Source: an uncultured delta proteobacterium (GTDB lineage Bacteria > Desulfobacterota > Desulfobaccia > Desulfobaccales > 0-14-0-80-60-11). Taken from it: a stretch of 64,000 nucleotides of DNA. Shown one piece after another: positions 29,664 to 39,259 of the stretch. The notes below the pieces were generated by a model. It made no database searches and was not told the DNA's origin. It saw only the letters and a program-made list of their open reading frames with translations. The position numbers and the translations under genes were made by a program. The stretch lies in contig CAWETI010000002.1 of NCBI GenBank assembly GCA_963812015.1, positions 1 to 64,000 on the forward strand, written 5' to 3'. Numbering within the stretch: the first letter of the stretch is position 1; each line of letters starts with the position of its first letter.

Positions 29664-30053
29664 TTAGGCTCCCGCCCCGCGAATCTTGGCGGCCGCCCGG
29701 GTCACCACGTCCTGAATCTCGCTCAATTTGAAGGGCTTGGCGATGAAGTCAAACACGCCCTTCTGGAATGACTGCTTGGCGGTTTCCATGGTGGCGAAAC
29801 CGGTGATGACGATCACCTCGGTTTCCGGGTGCTGCTTTTTAGCCTCCTCCAGAAACCGCATGCCGTCGATCTCTTTCATCTTGAGATCCGTGATCACGAT
29901 GTCATAGGTGGTCTGTTGAATCTGATGCATGGCCTCGACGCTTTGGGTGAAGGTGTCCACTTCGAACCCCAACTTTTCCAAAGCCGGCTGCAGGCGTTTG
30001 CAGACAATGGGTTCATCGTCCAGCACCAATACCCTGAGCTTATTTTCCGTCAT
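29664..30053 (-). CDS. Stand-alone response regulator receiver
   Basis: VLDDE, ITDLKM, VITGF, IAKPF. Confidence 0.92.
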   Translation of the reverse strand: MTENKLRVLVLDDEPIVCKRLQPALEKLGFEVDTFTQSVEAMHQIQQTTYDIVITDLKMKEIDGMRFLEEAKKQHPETEVIVITGFATMETAKQSFQKGVFDFIAKPFKLSEIQDVVTRAAAKIRGAGA

Positions 30054-32610
30054 AACTTCCTCCTTCCGGGGGCTTCTCCCTTAACTGGGAGTTTTGGTGA
30101 AAAAAAGCCTCCACAAAATCCGGGACGTCTTCATCGTTGCGCAGCTGAATATCCAGCTGGCGGGTGAACCCGATCAACCGGCCCAGGAGCTGGAGTCGCT
30201 CCTCCATATCTTCCCGGGGCAGGTGGAGTACCTTGGCCACCACCAGATCGCCTTTGGTGTCCACCTTAAAGTGGAATTGGGACAGAATCTTCTCCAGGAG
30301 TTGAGCCCTCCGGGAGCGGCGGGTAAGGTCGGTCACCCCGCCCACAAAACGGAAATAGATGTGGTTGTGAGGCGCTTCAGGCTCCATGCGGGCATCCACC
30401 AGAGTAAAGTGGTAGCCCAACCGCAGGTGCAGATTCATATAGGTTTCGCTGATCACCGCCAGGTTGAAGCCCGACACGCTGGTGGCGCCGGAGGTCTTGG
30501 TGAGGCTGGACATCATCCCCTGAAAGTCCACCGGCACGGGTTCGGTGCTCCAGACTCCGGGGCCGGACAGGCCTTGCCACAGGGCCTGCATGGGCCTGGA
30601 CCGGATGTGCTCCGGCAGGAGCTTGGTCCCCTGGGCCTCCGGGGCGATCCCCCCGCCCAGGTCCAAAATCTTCAAGCCCAGGGGGATGTCCGAAACCAGG
30701 GTGAAAATCCTGACCCCCTTGAAGCGTTTGACAAACCGGGGCAGATCCATCAATTCTTCCACGGCCTTTTCGTGGATGAACCGGATGACGTCGTGCACGG
30801 ATTGGCAACCCCCGGGGGTAAAATTCGGGTCCTGGGGGTCCAGCAAATGGAGCGGGGCGATGCGGGCCAAAATTCTCCGGAGCAGCCGGAATTCCGGGGC
30901 GTCCTCAAAGGCCAGGGACTGAATCAGTTCATACTGGATCAGTTCTTTCACCCGGCCCTCATAAATGGTCCGCTGCTTGGTGTCCACCGTGACCTTCATG
31001 CCGGCCGGCAGGATCTCCATGGCATTCTCCACCCCCACCAGGGTGGGCACCCGGAATTCCCGGGCGATGGTGGCCAGATGCCCGGCGGCGGAGCCCCGCT
31101 CGGCCACGATGGCCGCCGCCCGGGGCACAATCCGGGCCAGCCATGGGGCCGTGTATTTGGTCACCAGGACGGCTTCTTCGGGAAAGCGGTCCATGTCCGC
31201 ATCGGCGCTGATGTGGGCCACGGTGCCGGCGCCCACCCCGGCATGGGCCACCACCCCGACGTCCTGGACCAGGATGGGGTAGAGGGCGCAGGTCTCGCAA
31301 ATATCCTGTCTCGGGGGCGCCGCGGGTTTGGAGATCTGCAAGGCTCGGGATTGCAAAACCCAACAGTGGCCTTCTTGATCCAGGGCGTATTCGATCTCCT
31401 GGGGGAGCTTGAAGTAGCGCTCCAGAATCAGGGCCCAGCGCCCCAGGGTTTCAATGGTGGCCTCGGAGAGGGTTTCCCGGCTCTGGTCCTCCGGGGGGAC
31501 CGGCACTTCCTCCTCACCCCCGCCGGCCATGGCCTGAAACTGTTTTTCTTTCCGGGCGATTTCTCGTGACCTGATCCCGTGGGGAAAATCCCGCTCCACC
31601 ACGTAGCGGTCCGTGGGGCCCTTTCCCTCCACCACGGTGCGTCCCAGGCCCCAGGAGGCAAAAATGACCAGGCAATCGCCTTCCAGACCGCCCACGTCCA
31701 CGGTGTGCACCACCCCGCTGGCCCGGCAGGGAATCATCTCCTGGCACAGCACCGCCATGGCCGCTTCTTCCCCCAGCATCCCCATCTTCTGCCGGTAGAT
31801 GAGGGATTCGGGAGAGTAGAGACTGGCCAGGACGGTTTTATAGGCCTTGAGGATCCTCCGGGCCGGCACGTGCAACAGGCTCTCATGCAGTCCGGCAAAG
31901 GACAGTTCCCCATCTTCGCCGAAGGCGCTGCTCCGGACGGCCCAATCGCCGCCGCCCTTCTCCGCCTGCCGTCTCAGTTCCCCGGCCACTTCGTGGGGCA
32001 CCACCCCCGCCAGGATGCTGTATTGGATCTGGCGGGAAACCTGGCGCTCATCGTACTCCCCCGCCGCCCAACTCTCCAGCAGGGAGTGGATCCTTTCCTC
32101 CAGATGGTTGTGTTCCAGGAAGAGCCGGTAGGCCCGGGTGGTGATGATGAAACCGGGCGGCACCGGCAGGTGCAGGTTCTGGATGGCCACCGCCAGGTGG
32201 CTGGCTTTGCCCCCGACGAGTTCGGGGCGGTCCAGGGGGGCCTCGGCCAGGGGAATCACCAGGGGCATCTCCTTGGACAGGAGCAGCCGTCCCCGGAGTT
32301 CGGCCCCCAGGGGGATGAAGATGCGGTCGATGGCCTGGTACAGATCCACATAACGGTTAGAGGTAATGAGATTTAAGTCTTTCACCATGTGCAGCAGCAG
32401 CGTCTGGACTTCCTCGGTGGTATCGATCAGGTACTTGCGGTCAAAGATGTATTCCCCGCCGGACTTTTCCCCCAGATCGGCAATGAGTTCCATGACCCGC
32501 TGGTGGTCTTGCAGCAGCGCCTGGAAGTGTTCAAAAATCTCCGGAAAGGCCACCAGGTCCAGTTTGGGCCGGTGCAGCCGGTTCAGGAGATTTTGGAGAA
32601 CGCGCCACAT
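30040..32610 (-). CDS. PEP-synthase/PPDK-like protein (ATP-grasp plus phospho-His domain, atypical C-terminus)
   Basis: VGGKASHL, AVRSSAFGEDG, QEIEYA, LQSRAL; His domain GSAAGHLATIAREFRVP. Confidence 0.85.
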   Translation of the reverse strand: MWRVLQNLLNRLHRPKLDLVAFPEIFEHFQALLQDHQRVMELIADLGEKSGGEYIFDRKYLIDTTEEVQTLLLHMVKDLNLITSNRYVDLYQAIDRIFIPLGAELRGRLLLSKEMPLVIPLAEAPLDRPELVGGKASHLAVAIQNLHLPVPPGFIITTRAYRLFLEHNHLEERIHSLLESWAAGEYDERQVSRQIQYSILAGVVPHEVAGELRRQAEKGGGDWAVRSSAFGEDGELSFAGLHESLLHVPARRILKAYKTVLASLYSPESLIYRQKMGMLGEEAAMAVLCQEMIPCRASGVVHTVDVGGLEGDCLVIFASWGLGRTVVEGKGPTDRYVVERDFPHGIRSREIARKEKQFQAMAGGGEEEVPVPPEDQSRETLSEATIETLGRWALILERYFKLPQEIEYALDQEGHCWVLQSRALQISKPAAPPRQDICETCALYPILVQDVGVVAHAGVGAGTVAHISADADMDRFPEEAVLVTKYTAPWLARIVPRAAAIVAERGSAAGHLATIAREFRVPTLVGVENAMEILPAGMKVTVDTKQRTIYEGRVKELIQYELIQSLAFEDAPEFRLLRRILARIAPLHLLDPQDPNFTPGGCQSVHDVIRFIHEKAVEELMDLPRFVKRFKGVRIFTLVSDIPLGLKILDLGGGIAPEAQGTKLLPEHIRSRPMQALWQGLSGPGVWSTEPVPVDFQGMMSSLTKTSGATSVSGFNLAVISETYMNLHLRLGYHFTLVDARMEPEAPHNHIYFRFVGGVTDLTRRSRRAQLLEKILSQFHFKVDTKGDLVVAKVLHLPREDMEERLQLLGRLIGFTRQLDIQLRNDEDVPDFVEAFFHQNSQLREKPPEGGSYDGK

Positions 32611-32766
32611 GGAGTTTAATCCTCAGTCGGCCGGGGTTGTGCTCCCCAGACCCTGGTTATGTCCATAATATGTTTGCAGGCAAAAGCCAACAAAAACTGT
32701 AAAAGGTGGAGCCGGGGGAGGCGGGCTCGGCAGGCCCGGCCTTGTGCCCCCCTGCGCCCCGGGCCC

Positions 32767-33549
32767 TCAATGGCCGCCGCCGCCCTTGAAGAGGAAGCCC
32801 ATGGCGAACCCGATAACGATGGCGAGGACCACCGCCAGCACCCCGTAGGCGGCCCCGTGCTGGTAGGCCAGGGAAGCCATCAGGGCCGGAAAGCCCACCA
32901 TCTCGACCGTCAGGTCGGTGCAGGTGTTGTTCACGACCTTGTCATCCTGGATCACCGACAGGCAGACCTTGTAGGTGCCGGGTCTGATATTGGCGGGCAA
33001 GGGAAAACTGGCGGTCACCGTGCTTTCTTCGCCGGAGGCGGCCCCGGCCTTGAGGGCCCCGGGCCAGGTGGCGTAAATATGTTCGCTTTCCTTGAGTTCG
33101 AGGAATTGCTTCAGAAACTCCTGGCGCTCCGCCGGCACGATTTTGCCGCTGAAGGCAATCCGCTTCTCCAAGGCCCGATAGCCCCAGGTGGCCGAAGGCG
33201 GCGCCGCGGTGAGCAATTCCTTGGCGGTGCTCATGACCAGGTAGAGGGAGGGGGCGTCCTGGACCTTGATTTCGCCCACGTTCATCCAGAGCCCGCTCCG
33301 GCGCCCCTTGCGCATGAGGTGCTCCTCGGCGCTTGAGCCCATCACCTCCAGGACCGCCTGGGCCCCCGCCGGGATGGTTCCCGAGACCGTCACCGTCTCC
33401 CCCTGGAAAAAGGCGCCGATTTTCACGGTGACCGGGGAGACCGTCAGGCCCGGCGTCGCCGCCTGGGCCGGCAGCCCGCCGGCCAGCAACAACCCCAACC
33501 CCAACCCCAACCACGCGACCTTGCGGCATAACTGGACCAGGTGCTTCAT
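32767..33549 (-). CDS. TIGR02186-like membrane-anchored protein (TSUP partner)
   Basis: Signal peptide, IGAFFQG, KGR..GLWMN, C-terminal TM segment; directly after the TSUP gene. Confidence 0.75.
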   Translation of the reverse strand: MKHLVQLCRKVAWLGLGLGLLLAGGLPAQAATPGLTVSPVTVKIGAFFQGETVTVSGTIPAGAQAVLEVMGSSAEEHLMRKGRRSGLWMNVGEIKVQDAPSLYLVMSTAKELLTAAPPSATWGYRALEKRIAFSGKIVPAERQEFLKQFLELKESEHIYATWPGALKAGAASGEESTVTASFPLPANIRPGTYKVCLSVIQDDKVVNNTCTDLTVEMVGFPALMASLAYQHGAAYGVLAVVLAIVIGFAMGFLFKGGGGH

Positions 33550-33550
33550 C

Positions 33551-34483
33551 TCAGTGCCCACCTTTGTGCGCCAGGAGGAGATGGGGCGGCAGAACCAGGC
33601 TCAATAACATCTGCACCATCACCAGCAACACGATGGAGGCCAGGAGAATCTTGAGCTGGTCGGCCTTGAGCCGCTTGCTCAGGCGCACCCCGAACTGGGC
33701 GCCCACGGTGGAGCCCAGCAGCAGGATGATGGCCAGGATCAGGTCCACCGTATGATTGGAGGCGGACTGCATGATGGTGACGTTGATGCAGGTGAACAGG
33801 ATTTGCACGAGGCTGGTGCCCACCACCACGTGCATGGGCATGCGCAGCATATAGACCATCACCGGCACCATGATGAAGCCCCCGCCCACCCCCATGATGG
33901 CCGCCAGGATGCCCACGAACACCCCCAGGATGAGGGGGAGCAGGGGGGAGAGGACAACCCCGGACTTTTCGAATTTCATCTGGTAGGGGAGGGCCTGGAT
34001 CATGCGGTTGTAGAGGGAGGCCTTAGTGGGCGCTTCCACCCGCCTGCTTTCCACCGGCTTTTTCCGCATGCTCTGGAGGCTCTCCGCAAACATGTAGAAG
34101 CCGATGACGCCCAGCATGACGACGTAGGTGATCTTGATGACGAAGTCGGCATTGCCCATGGCCCGGAGCAGCTTGATGAATTGCACCCCCACGGTGCCCC
34201 CCAGCACCCCGCCGATGATGAGGAAGAGCCCCATCTTGAAGTCCACGTTCCCCAGGCGGTAGTGGGCATAGGAGGCCGAGGTGGAGGCCGCCACAATCTG
34301 GTTGGAGTCCGAGGCCGCGGCCACCGTGGAAGGGATTCCCACCATGATCAAGAGCGGCGTCATGAGAAATCCGCCCCCCACCCCGAACAGCCCGGAGAGA
34401 AAGCCCACCGCGCCCCCCAGGCCAAAAAGAAGCAAGATGTTGGTGCTGTTACCAGCCAGTGGTAGATAAAGGTTCCAGGACAT
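33551..34483 (-). CDS. Sulfite exporter TauE/SafE (TSUP) family transporter
   Basis: SGLFGVGGGFLMTP and AIMGVGGGFIMVP repeats; VGTSL. Confidence 0.92.
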   Translation of the reverse strand: MSWNLYLPLAGNSTNILLLFGLGGAVGFLSGLFGVGGGFLMTPLLIMVGIPSTVAAASDSNQIVAASTSASYAHYRLGNVDFKMGLFLIIGGVLGGTVGVQFIKLLRAMGNADFVIKITYVVMLGVIGFYMFAESLQSMRKKPVESRRVEAPTKASLYNRMIQALPYQMKFEKSGVVLSPLLPLILGVFVGILAAIMGVGGGFIMVPVMVYMLRMPMHVVVGTSLVQILFTCINVTIMQSASNHTVDLILAIILLLGSTVGAQFGVRLSKRLKADQLKILLASIVLLVMVQMLLSLVLPPHLLLAHKGGH

Positions 34484-34511
34484 GTGCCGCTCTCCCCTCC
34501 TTTATGTAGCG

Positions 34512-34967
34512 CTAAAGATCCGTCAGGCGGGTCACTTTTCCCTGGCCGCGCACCAGGAGAATTTCCCCGCCGATTTGCTGGTGTAGATTTTTTAAGGCGG
34601 CGGTGCACCCGGGATACCGGTCCCACCGGGAATCCTCGGGCCAGCCCAGGATAATGAACTGCAGGGCGCTCTGGGCCCGGGCGAAGGCCAGGACTTCCTC
34701 GCAGAAGGCGCCGGCCGCCAGGAAGATCTCCAGGCTCACCCCTTCTTGCTGGCAGCGCTCCCGGACCTTGCCCAGCCACAGGCTCTGTTCTTCTTTGAGG
34801 CCGCCCAGAGAAATGTCGCCGGCATCCTTGGGGTCCCCGGGGCGGGGCGGGAACACCGCCATGAGCACCAGGGACAATTTGAGGCGCGCCGCCAACTGCA
34901 CGGCATAGGAGGCGGCCCGGGAATCCGGCATATCCAGATCGATGGCTAAGAGCACCCTTTTGTTCAT
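34512..34967 (-). CDS. Single-domain USP-like protein
   Basis: RVLLAID...YAVQLAARL; GAFCEEVL; FIILG. Confidence 0.65.
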   Translation of the reverse strand: MNKRVLLAIDLDMPDSRAASYAVQLAARLKLSLVLMAVFPPRPGDPKDAGDISLGGLKEEQSLWLGKVRERCQQEGVSLEIFLAAGAFCEEVLAFARAQSALQFIILGWPEDSRWDRYPGCTAALKNLHQQIGGEILLVRGQGKVTRLTDL

Positions 34968-34982
34968 GTCCCTCGAGTATAA

Positions 34983-34998
34983 TGCACCAACCGGGCCA
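34983..34998 (-). promoter_or_regulatory. Sigma54 (-24/-12) promoter for the TSUP/PPDK-like operon
   Basis: Minus strand TGGC-CCGGTTGG-TGCA, i.e. GG-N10-GC. Confidence 0.65.
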
Positions 34999-35052
34999 AG
35001 ACAACTTTATCTGTAATAACAATGGTATAGCTAAATGGAGCCCGCAGCGTTA

Positions 35053-35137
35053 TGTTTCATAATGGAATAGAGCTGGTGGGGGAAAGTGGGGATGCGGCGG
35101 CAAACTGCGGGATAAGGGTCGATTTCATATTGAAACA
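35053..35137. promoter_or_regulatory. Paired palindromic enhancer (UAS) sites
   Basis: TGTTTCATAATGGAATA (35053-35069) and GATTTCATATTGAAACA (35121-35137); consensus TGTTTCA-N3-TGAAACA. Confidence 0.6.
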
Positions 35138-35174
35138 AGGCCGTGAAACAAGGCCGTGTGGCTTGGAGAGAGCC

Positions 35175-36512
35175 TCAGGCCTTGGACAGGCCGTACTTTT
35201 TCATCTTGCGCCACAGGGTGGTCCGGGGCAGGGCCAGGATGCGGGCGCTTTCCCCCACCTGGTGATTGGTGTAGTCCAGCACTTTCTGGATATAATCCCG
35301 TTCCTGCTGCTCCAAAGTATGCCAGCGGCCGTTGGTGGTGGGGGCCAGGTCATGGAGGTCCGGGGGCAGGTCGGCCAGGGTGAGGGTGTCGCCATCCGCC
35401 AGGGCCACGGCCCGTTCGATGATGTTCTGCAATTCCCTGACGTTGCCGGGGTAAGCATAGGTCTGGAGCACCGTCCGGGCGGCCTTGTCAACCCCCACCA
35501 GCCGCTTGGCGAACTTGTGGCTGAAGAGATTCAGGAAGTACTGGATCAGGAGGGGAATGTCTTCCTGGCGTTCCATGAGGCTGGGCAGGGTGATTTGGAC
35601 CACGTTGAGGCGGAAGTAGAGGTCCTCCCGGAAGCGGCCCTCGGCCACCGCCCGTTTCAAATCTTTATTGGTGGCCGCAATGAACCTGAGGTCCAGTTGA
35701 ATGGGCCGGTTGCCCCCCACCCGGGTAATCTGGCTTTCCTGGATGACCCGGAGGAGTTTGCCTTGCATGGACAGGGGCATATCCCCGATTTCGTCCATGA
35801 ACACCGTGCCCTGGTGGGCCGTTTCCAGGATGCCGATCTTGGTGGCGATGGCCCCGGTAAAGGCGCCCCGCTCATAGCCGAACAATTCGCTGGCGATCAG
35901 CTCTTCGGTAAACCCGCCGCAGTTGAAAGCCACAAAGGGCCGGGTGCGCCGGTCGCTCTCCCGGTGGATCAGCCGGGCCACCAGTTCCTTGCCGGTGCCG
36001 CTCTCCCCCTGGATGATGACGTTGCAGTCCAGGGGGGCGACCTTCCGGGTGATTTGGAACACCTCTTTCATTTTCGGGCTGACCCCGATCATCTCCCCCC
36101 AACCGTCCAGGGGTTCCAGCCGGGCCTTGAGCTGGCGGTTCTCGGTGACCAGACGCTTGTGTTCCAGGGCCCGGCGGCTCAGGTTGCGGATTTCCTCCAA
36201 TTTCAGGGGCTTGGCCACATAGTGGAAGGCGCCCTTCTTGACGGCCCCGATGGCCGCATCGATGGAGGCGTGGCCGGTGATCAGGATGACCTCGGTTTCG
36301 GGCAGCCGGGCTTTGGTCTGCTGCAATACCTCCATGCCATTGACCCCGGGCAGCACCACATCTAAAAAGACCAGATCAAAACTGCCCAGGTCCAGGTCCC
36401 GGAGAAAATCCTCCCCCGAACCAAAGGTCTTGACGCTGTGGCCGTCTTTTTCCAGGGCCGCCTGGAGTCTTTTCTGGACGATAACTTCATCATCCACTAC
36501 GGCGATGTTCAT
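35175..36512 (-). CDS. Sigma54-dependent response regulator (NtrC family)
   Basis: Receiver, GESGTGKE, GAFTGA, FREDLYFRL, WPGN-like YPGNVREL, Fis HTH. Confidence 0.95.
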   Translation of the reverse strand: MNIAVVDDEVIVQKRLQAALEKDGHSVKTFGSGEDFLRDLDLGSFDLVFLDVVLPGVNGMEVLQQTKARLPETEVILITGHASIDAAIGAVKKGAFHYVAKPLKLEEIRNLSRRALEHKRLVTENRQLKARLEPLDGWGEMIGVSPKMKEVFQITRKVAPLDCNVIIQGESGTGKELVARLIHRESDRRTRPFVAFNCGGFTEELIASELFGYERGAFTGAIATKIGILETAHQGTVFMDEIGDMPLSMQGKLLRVIQESQITRVGGNRPIQLDLRFIAATNKDLKRAVAEGRFREDLYFRLNVVQITLPSLMERQEDIPLLIQYFLNLFSHKFAKRLVGVDKAARTVLQTYAYPGNVRELQNIIERAVALADGDTLTLADLPPDLHDLAPTTNGRWHTLEQQERDYIQKVLDYTNHQVGESARILALPRTTLWRKMKKYGLSKA

Positions 36513-36540
36513 GGCGCTCCCGATTCCGGTCCGTGGCTGG

Positions 36541-37986
36541 TCATGCTTCTTTATAGAGGGGGAGCGTCAGGGTAAAGGTGGCGCCCGCACCGACGCGGCT
36601 CTTGACCTCTATATGGCCGCCGTGTTTTTCCACAATGCCGTAAGTCACCGACAGACCCAAGCCGGTGCCCCGTCCCACCTGCTTGGTGGTGTAGAACGGA
36701 TCAAAGATTTGGGAGAGATGCGCCGGGTCGATGCCCACCCCCGTGTCCGTCACGTCAATGACCATCCACTGGCCGTCCGGGGACGGGTGCGCCTTGATGG
36801 ACAGCGTGCCCCCGTCCAGCATGGCATGGATGGCATTGATGAACAGGTTGAGAAAGACCTGTTGCAGACTTTTCTTCTCCCCCCGGATGGGCGGCAGACC
36901 GGCCGGAATATCCTGTTCCACATTGATACCCGAGAGGGTCAGCTGGTTGCGCACCAGCTTTAGGGTATCCTGGATGACCGCGCCGATGGACAGCGCCCCA
37001 AATTCCGGCTGCTCGGCCCGGGAGAAATCCAGGAGACCTTTGACGATCTCGGCGGCCCGCTCGGCCTGGATCAGGATATCCTGGATCAGCCCCATGGCCT
37101 CCTCCCGGGACACCTCCTTAAAATCCTCTTTCAAGGCCTCGGCGGTCAGCACGATATTGTTGATGGGATTGTTCAACTCATGGGCGATCCCCGAGGTCAG
37201 GGTGCCCACCGCGGCAATTTTCCGGGATTGCACCAGTTGTTCCTGGTGCTCCTCCAGCTCGTGAATCATCCGGTTGAAGGCCCGGAACAGGGCGAAGAAT
37301 TCCTCCGAAGAGCTCGTCGGCTCGGGGAGGGGAGTGAAATCGCCGTGGGCGATCTTGTCCATGGCCTGCTGCATCTGGAACAGAGGCTGCACCAGCATGC
37401 GGGAGAGGTAGAAGGCCACCACGATCCCCAGGGCCAAAAACACCACCACGGAAATAATAAAGAGAATCATGGCTCGTTGAAACAAACGGTCGATCTGGAG
37501 CCGCTCATCCTTTTCCCAGGTTTCGGTGATGTTGAGCAGCTCCTGGCCCTGGTGGCGCAAGGCGTCTTCCAGGGGGGCGAACATCTGGTTTTCCATGGCC
37601 GCGCCGGGTTGGGGCGCCTTGGCTTTGATCCGGGCCATGATTTCCTGATAACGAGCCAGACTGCGGGAAAAATCCAGTTGCTGTCGGGACGTCTTTAACG
37701 CCAGAATTTCGGATTCGTGACTTTGATAAATATTTTTGGCGTGGGTTAAGTAAGTCTCGGCTTCCTCGAGACTGGCCGCCTGGTGGTAGAGGAAGAAATT
37801 TTTTTCCACCCGGCGCAATTCCAAGATGGTTTGAAACAGGTCGTCGGTGAGCTCCAGGAGGCGCAGCCGGTGGCCGATTTCCCGGTGGACCTGGAAGCTG
37901 AACGCCGAGAAAATCAGCACTGACAGCAAGCTGAACAGAAAGGCCAGGATGATCTTGCGTCGGATCTTAAAGGTGGTTTTTTGCAT
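36541..37986 (-). CDS. HAMP sensor histidine kinase
   Basis: Two TM segments, HAMP, GIAHELNNP, FDPFYTTK, GTGLGL. Confidence 0.93.
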   Translation of the reverse strand: MQKTTFKIRRKIILAFLFSLLSVLIFSAFSFQVHREIGHRLRLLELTDDLFQTILELRRVEKNFFLYHQAASLEEAETYLTHAKNIYQSHESEILALKTSRQQLDFSRSLARYQEIMARIKAKAPQPGAAMENQMFAPLEDALRHQGQELLNITETWEKDERLQIDRLFQRAMILFIISVVVFLALGIVVAFYLSRMLVQPLFQMQQAMDKIAHGDFTPLPEPTSSSEEFFALFRAFNRMIHELEEHQEQLVQSRKIAAVGTLTSGIAHELNNPINNIVLTAEALKEDFKEVSREEAMGLIQDILIQAERAAEIVKGLLDFSRAEQPEFGALSIGAVIQDTLKLVRNQLTLSGINVEQDIPAGLPPIRGEKKSLQQVFLNLFINAIHAMLDGGTLSIKAHPSPDGQWMVIDVTDTGVGIDPAHLSQIFDPFYTTKQVGRGTGLGLSVTYGIVEKHGGHIEVKSRVGAGATFTLTLPLYKEA

Positions 37987-38284
37987 ATCTGGATAGTGTT
38001 AGGAGGAATTTAACCGCCCGATTCTGCTGATAATCATAACAAGAACCCGGCGGCGATTAAAGCAGAGAATTGCGGCGAGGGTCCCTTGGGAGGGGACATC
38101 CTGCCCAAACGGCCCGTCGGGCTGCGGCGCCGGATTGAACCCGGCAAGCCCCTCGCCGTACCGCACCGGTCTGGTGGTTCTCCTCCTCCCGGAGGAATCG
38201 GTAGGAGCATCGGGACCAAAGACTAAGGGCGGGATACCCCGCCCCCCCGTCCGGCCACCGGCTGCTCCCTTCCGGGGAAACGTT

Positions 38285-39259
38285 CTAACCGCCGTCTTTT
38301 TTGGTTTCCTGCAACTTCCCCAAGGCCCGCTGCAGATTGGTCTTAGCTTCCTCATAGAAGGTGGGCCTGAGCTCAAGGGCCCGCTGGAAGCATTTGGCGG
38401 CTTCTTCGTATCGCCCATCCATGAAATAATACACCCCGATATTGTTGTAGGCCTGGGCCTCGTCACCCGCCTTCATGAAGGCCTCCAGGGCCTGGGGATA
38501 CTGCTTCTGGACCGCCAGGGTCTGTCCCAGGAGCAGACTGACCTTTTGGTTTTGGGGGGCCAGGGTTTGGGCCTGCTTGAGGGTTGCCGTGGCGTGTGGA
38601 TAATCCTTTTGCTGCAGGTAGGCCCGGGACAGGGCGGTGAGAGTGGATACCTGCCGGGGATCCAGCGACGCGGCTGATTTCAGGGCAAGAATGGCTCTCT
38701 CGGGCCGGCCGGACTCCAGGAAGCTGACTCCCAGCAGGTGGTAGGTTTGGGCCCGCCTGGGATCCTGGGATAACACGTACTGAAATTCGTCGATGGCCTG
38801 GGAATAATCTTGTTTTTGAAGGAACACCAGCCCCAGGGCCTCGTGGGCCTTGAGCATCTCCGGCTGGTGCACCAGGACCAGGGCCAGTTCTTTCTGGGCG
38901 TCATCCAACTTCCCGGACAAGAGAAATATGACCCCCACTTTGTAGTGCAGATCATAGCGTTCCGGGTGCGCCTGCAGGATTTGCAGATAATTGACCAAGG
39001 AGTTTTCGAAGTTCCGGTTTTTCAAGGCTAAATCGGCCATAGCCTCCTGGCGCTCTTCGGGCACCTGCTCCACTGCCTTGGGTTTGCGGTCAGGCCAGGG
39101 GTCATGGAGGGCCTGCATATCGGCGGTTTCTTCCGGAGACAGTCGCCGCATCCCAATATTCTCTGGTGATTTCTTGGAACAATGGCTCGTCAGGACTGGC
39201 AGGGCCAAGACCAAAAATACGGTGGCCAGCCGCCGGAGACATTGCTTTGCCGTCCCCAT
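38285..39259 (-). CDS. TPR lipoprotein (TadD-like)
   Basis: Signal peptide ending LTSHC; multiple TPRs; AQAYNNIG. Confidence 0.75.
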   Translation of the reverse strand: MGTAKQCLRRLATVFLVLALPVLTSHCSKKSPENIGMRRLSPEETADMQALHDPWPDRKPKAVEQVPEERQEAMADLALKNRNFENSLVNYLQILQAHPERYDLHYKVGVIFLLSGKLDDAQKELALVLVHQPEMLKAHEALGLVFLQKQDYSQAIDEFQYVLSQDPRRAQTYHLLGVSFLESGRPERAILALKSAASLDPRQVSTLTALSRAYLQQKDYPHATATLKQAQTLAPQNQKVSLLLGQTLAVQKQYPQALEAFMKAGDEAQAYNNIGVYYFMDGRYEEAAKCFQRALELRPTFYEEAKTNLQRALGKLQETKKDGG

